Source: Hydrolagus affinis
Lineage: Eukaryota
DNA: 64,000 bases
Assembly (NCBI GenBank): GCA_012026655.1
Contig: JAAILG010001221.1
Coordinates: forward strand, 1 to 64,000
Direction of reading: 5' to 3'
A program made the translations under genes and the position numbers. Shown here piece by piece: positions 61,852 to 64,000 of this stretch. Positions within the stretch are counted from its first letter, which is position 1. Each line of letters begins with the position of its first letter. The notes below the pieces were generated by a model, which saw nothing but the letters and a program-made list of their open reading frames with translations, did no database searches and was not told where the DNA came from.

Positions 61852-64000
61852 ATTCTTCTTGGGGCTATCTGACTAGCAAGGAGATGGGAGTGTTTGATGG
61901 TCAGCTAGAGGGTAGCTAGTTGAAGCTTCAGGACTGCACGTCCATGAAACTTACTTGTGTCGGTTGCGTTCATTTGGTTTGTTACTGGGTGCAATATGGC
62001 ACAGAAACGTTCTGCCTTGCATAGAAGGGAAACAGCAAGGAACTAATTAAGATTCTCTTGCTTTGCTTCAGTCACACCTCCTGCTGACAGTTCAGGGGGC
62101 AGAAACCCAGTCACTCAGCATACCCTCAAAGTAGAGCAGGGTGGAGAGTGGCAAGCAGTAGCATCAGAGAGAAACATATGGGCAAAGGAAGGAAACCGTT
62201 CAGCATTTCACTTTTGCACATAATCACTGGGTTTCCAGTAACACTCTGATGCATGTTTCTGCAGCCATGTCTGGAAGCTAGGCAGCACAGTGATTAAAAG
62301 GCGTGTGCCAACTTAACTGGCTAAATAGACTCTACGTATAAATCATCAAATAAACAAATCATGAAATGAATATGTAAATTGTACATTTAACCTCTACACA
62401 GCAGTGACTGTCATTCCGTTGTAAATTTAAGACCATTGTAATCTTACAACTCTAAAAATGCTTTTGATAAAAGCATGACACATTCAATAAGTAAACAGTG
62501 AGCTGGAACCCTTGAGCAATTTGAATCATTATAAAACCCAGGGTGAAAAAGGCATCACATTCATGTGCTAATGTAGGTTCTGGTTATGATATGAATATTT
62601 GCCTAACAAAACCCCTTCTGTCTTTACTTGAAGAAAAAAATAATGAATGTCAACATAAAATTCCCTTTTCTGCCCTCTGCCTATGGCTGACGTTCAATTA
62701 TAACAAGAAAAACAGCAGCTCATCTCTGTGCTGGGAAAGAAAATGAGTCAGGCACTGATTTATAGCCTGCTGAAAATCCATCCATGTAATGGACCAATCT
62801 TTACGTGAGACTGCTATCCATTACTTTAACTGGGGCCTCCTTGCCCTGATGGTGTTATAGGACATCTGTCAGCACCAAAGAGATTCAGCGAAACAATAGC
62901 ATCAACAGACACATTTCCTTTTATCTCAGTGTTAGTGAAACTCTCTAGACTCGTTTTCTAATAAACCTGGCTTCGAGTAATTGAAATAATTTAATTAACT
63001 GATGTAATTTGTAAAGATGAGGCTACGGTTAAAACCATAGTATCTACTTTCAGAATGACATTCTTATTAAGTCAGTTTCACAAATTCAAAGTCAGCCAAC
63101 CAGAGATTTCACCATAATTAGCCGACTTTTAGCAGGTCCATCACAGAATACTTGGTTGCATGCTTTATTTTGGTCAAATTTTGGCAAACAAACACACACT
63201 AATGCAAAGTCCTTTGTGCACAATTTCAGGCATTTTTTTTTGCAAGTAACAGCTGGTGACTTGCTGACCCTTCCAAAAAATTTCAATTGTCCCATACTAT
63301 ATGATGAGCTCTTTGCTGCAATCTCTAGCATTTCAACTCCCCCTCCGGTTCACCAGTAATGAAGACAATATCACTAGGAATTTTTATTTTTTTTCATCCA
63401 AGTGACAGAACGAAAGGTTACCTCCTTGGTACTCACTGACCTCTCGCGAAAGCTTCTCTTTCATTTAAAAAAATACAAACCTGTAGTGTAATGAGTTTTA
63501 AACAGTAATCGGTAAACACCACGTGGTATTCAATCATTGACAGTTGTACCCAAATTAACCTTTCTACTTAAGTGCTCCTAACACAGTGTTAAAACCCTAG
63601 TCATTTTATATAAAAGCTATCAGGTTAAGAAACAACTTGATACATGATGTTAGCTAGACTTGCAATTTACCCTAGGACAATGTAGGTTTTATTTTCACCA
63701 TACACATATCGTATCTTGTAAGACTCAATAGGATGTTTGTATCACAATAATACGGGGAAATTAGCATAAAAAGTAACTTTTTAACCAAGCATTTGGATCA
63801 GATGCTTGAGTTTGTTAAAGAGTTCCAAAAATGTTTTATTTTATGTTGGAACTGACCGTACAATTCAGTTAATTGTCTTGGCAGTCATCTGAGTAATAGA
63901 AAACCTCAGCAGCAGCAATACGATGCTACTCAATCTGAATCCAAAGGGCAAAGGCATGTAGTACCAATTTGCCAAAGGATGAAAAAAAATTGAAATCAGA

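Noticed and set aside
261-63359. Most ORFs in the six-frame track
   Set aside because: Short, no recognisable domains; many are read-throughs of SINE tails (e.g. CEKRYIKCKDYYY), microsatellites or N runs.

Overview
AT-rich, CpG-poor vertebrate non-coding DNA (large intron or gene desert). The repeat content suggests a cartilaginous fish, possibly a chimaera such as Callorhinchus (inference). No host protein-coding gene is supported; the only protein-like sequence is degraded L2-clade LINE reverse transcriptase (best copy about 48.9-50.4 kb, with YADD). The window contains many tRNA-headed SINEs with an L2-type tail, older Deu-domain, AmnSINE2-like and LF-SINE-like relics, CR1 3' ends, a nested Tigger-type MITE stack (31.3-32.2 kb), and a 100-N gap. 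Most notable: (1) short Penelope-type elements with minimal hammerhead-ribozyme motifs, one with a 13-14 bp TSD and one palindromic; (2) a ~230 bp unique-looking segment present twice, inverted and 17.4 kb apart, one copy splitting a SINE exactly; (3) many ~60-80 bp retro-copies made almost only of the L2 3' stem-loop and tail. Family names come from recalled consensus similarity, not database searches. Boundaries of old repeats are approximate.
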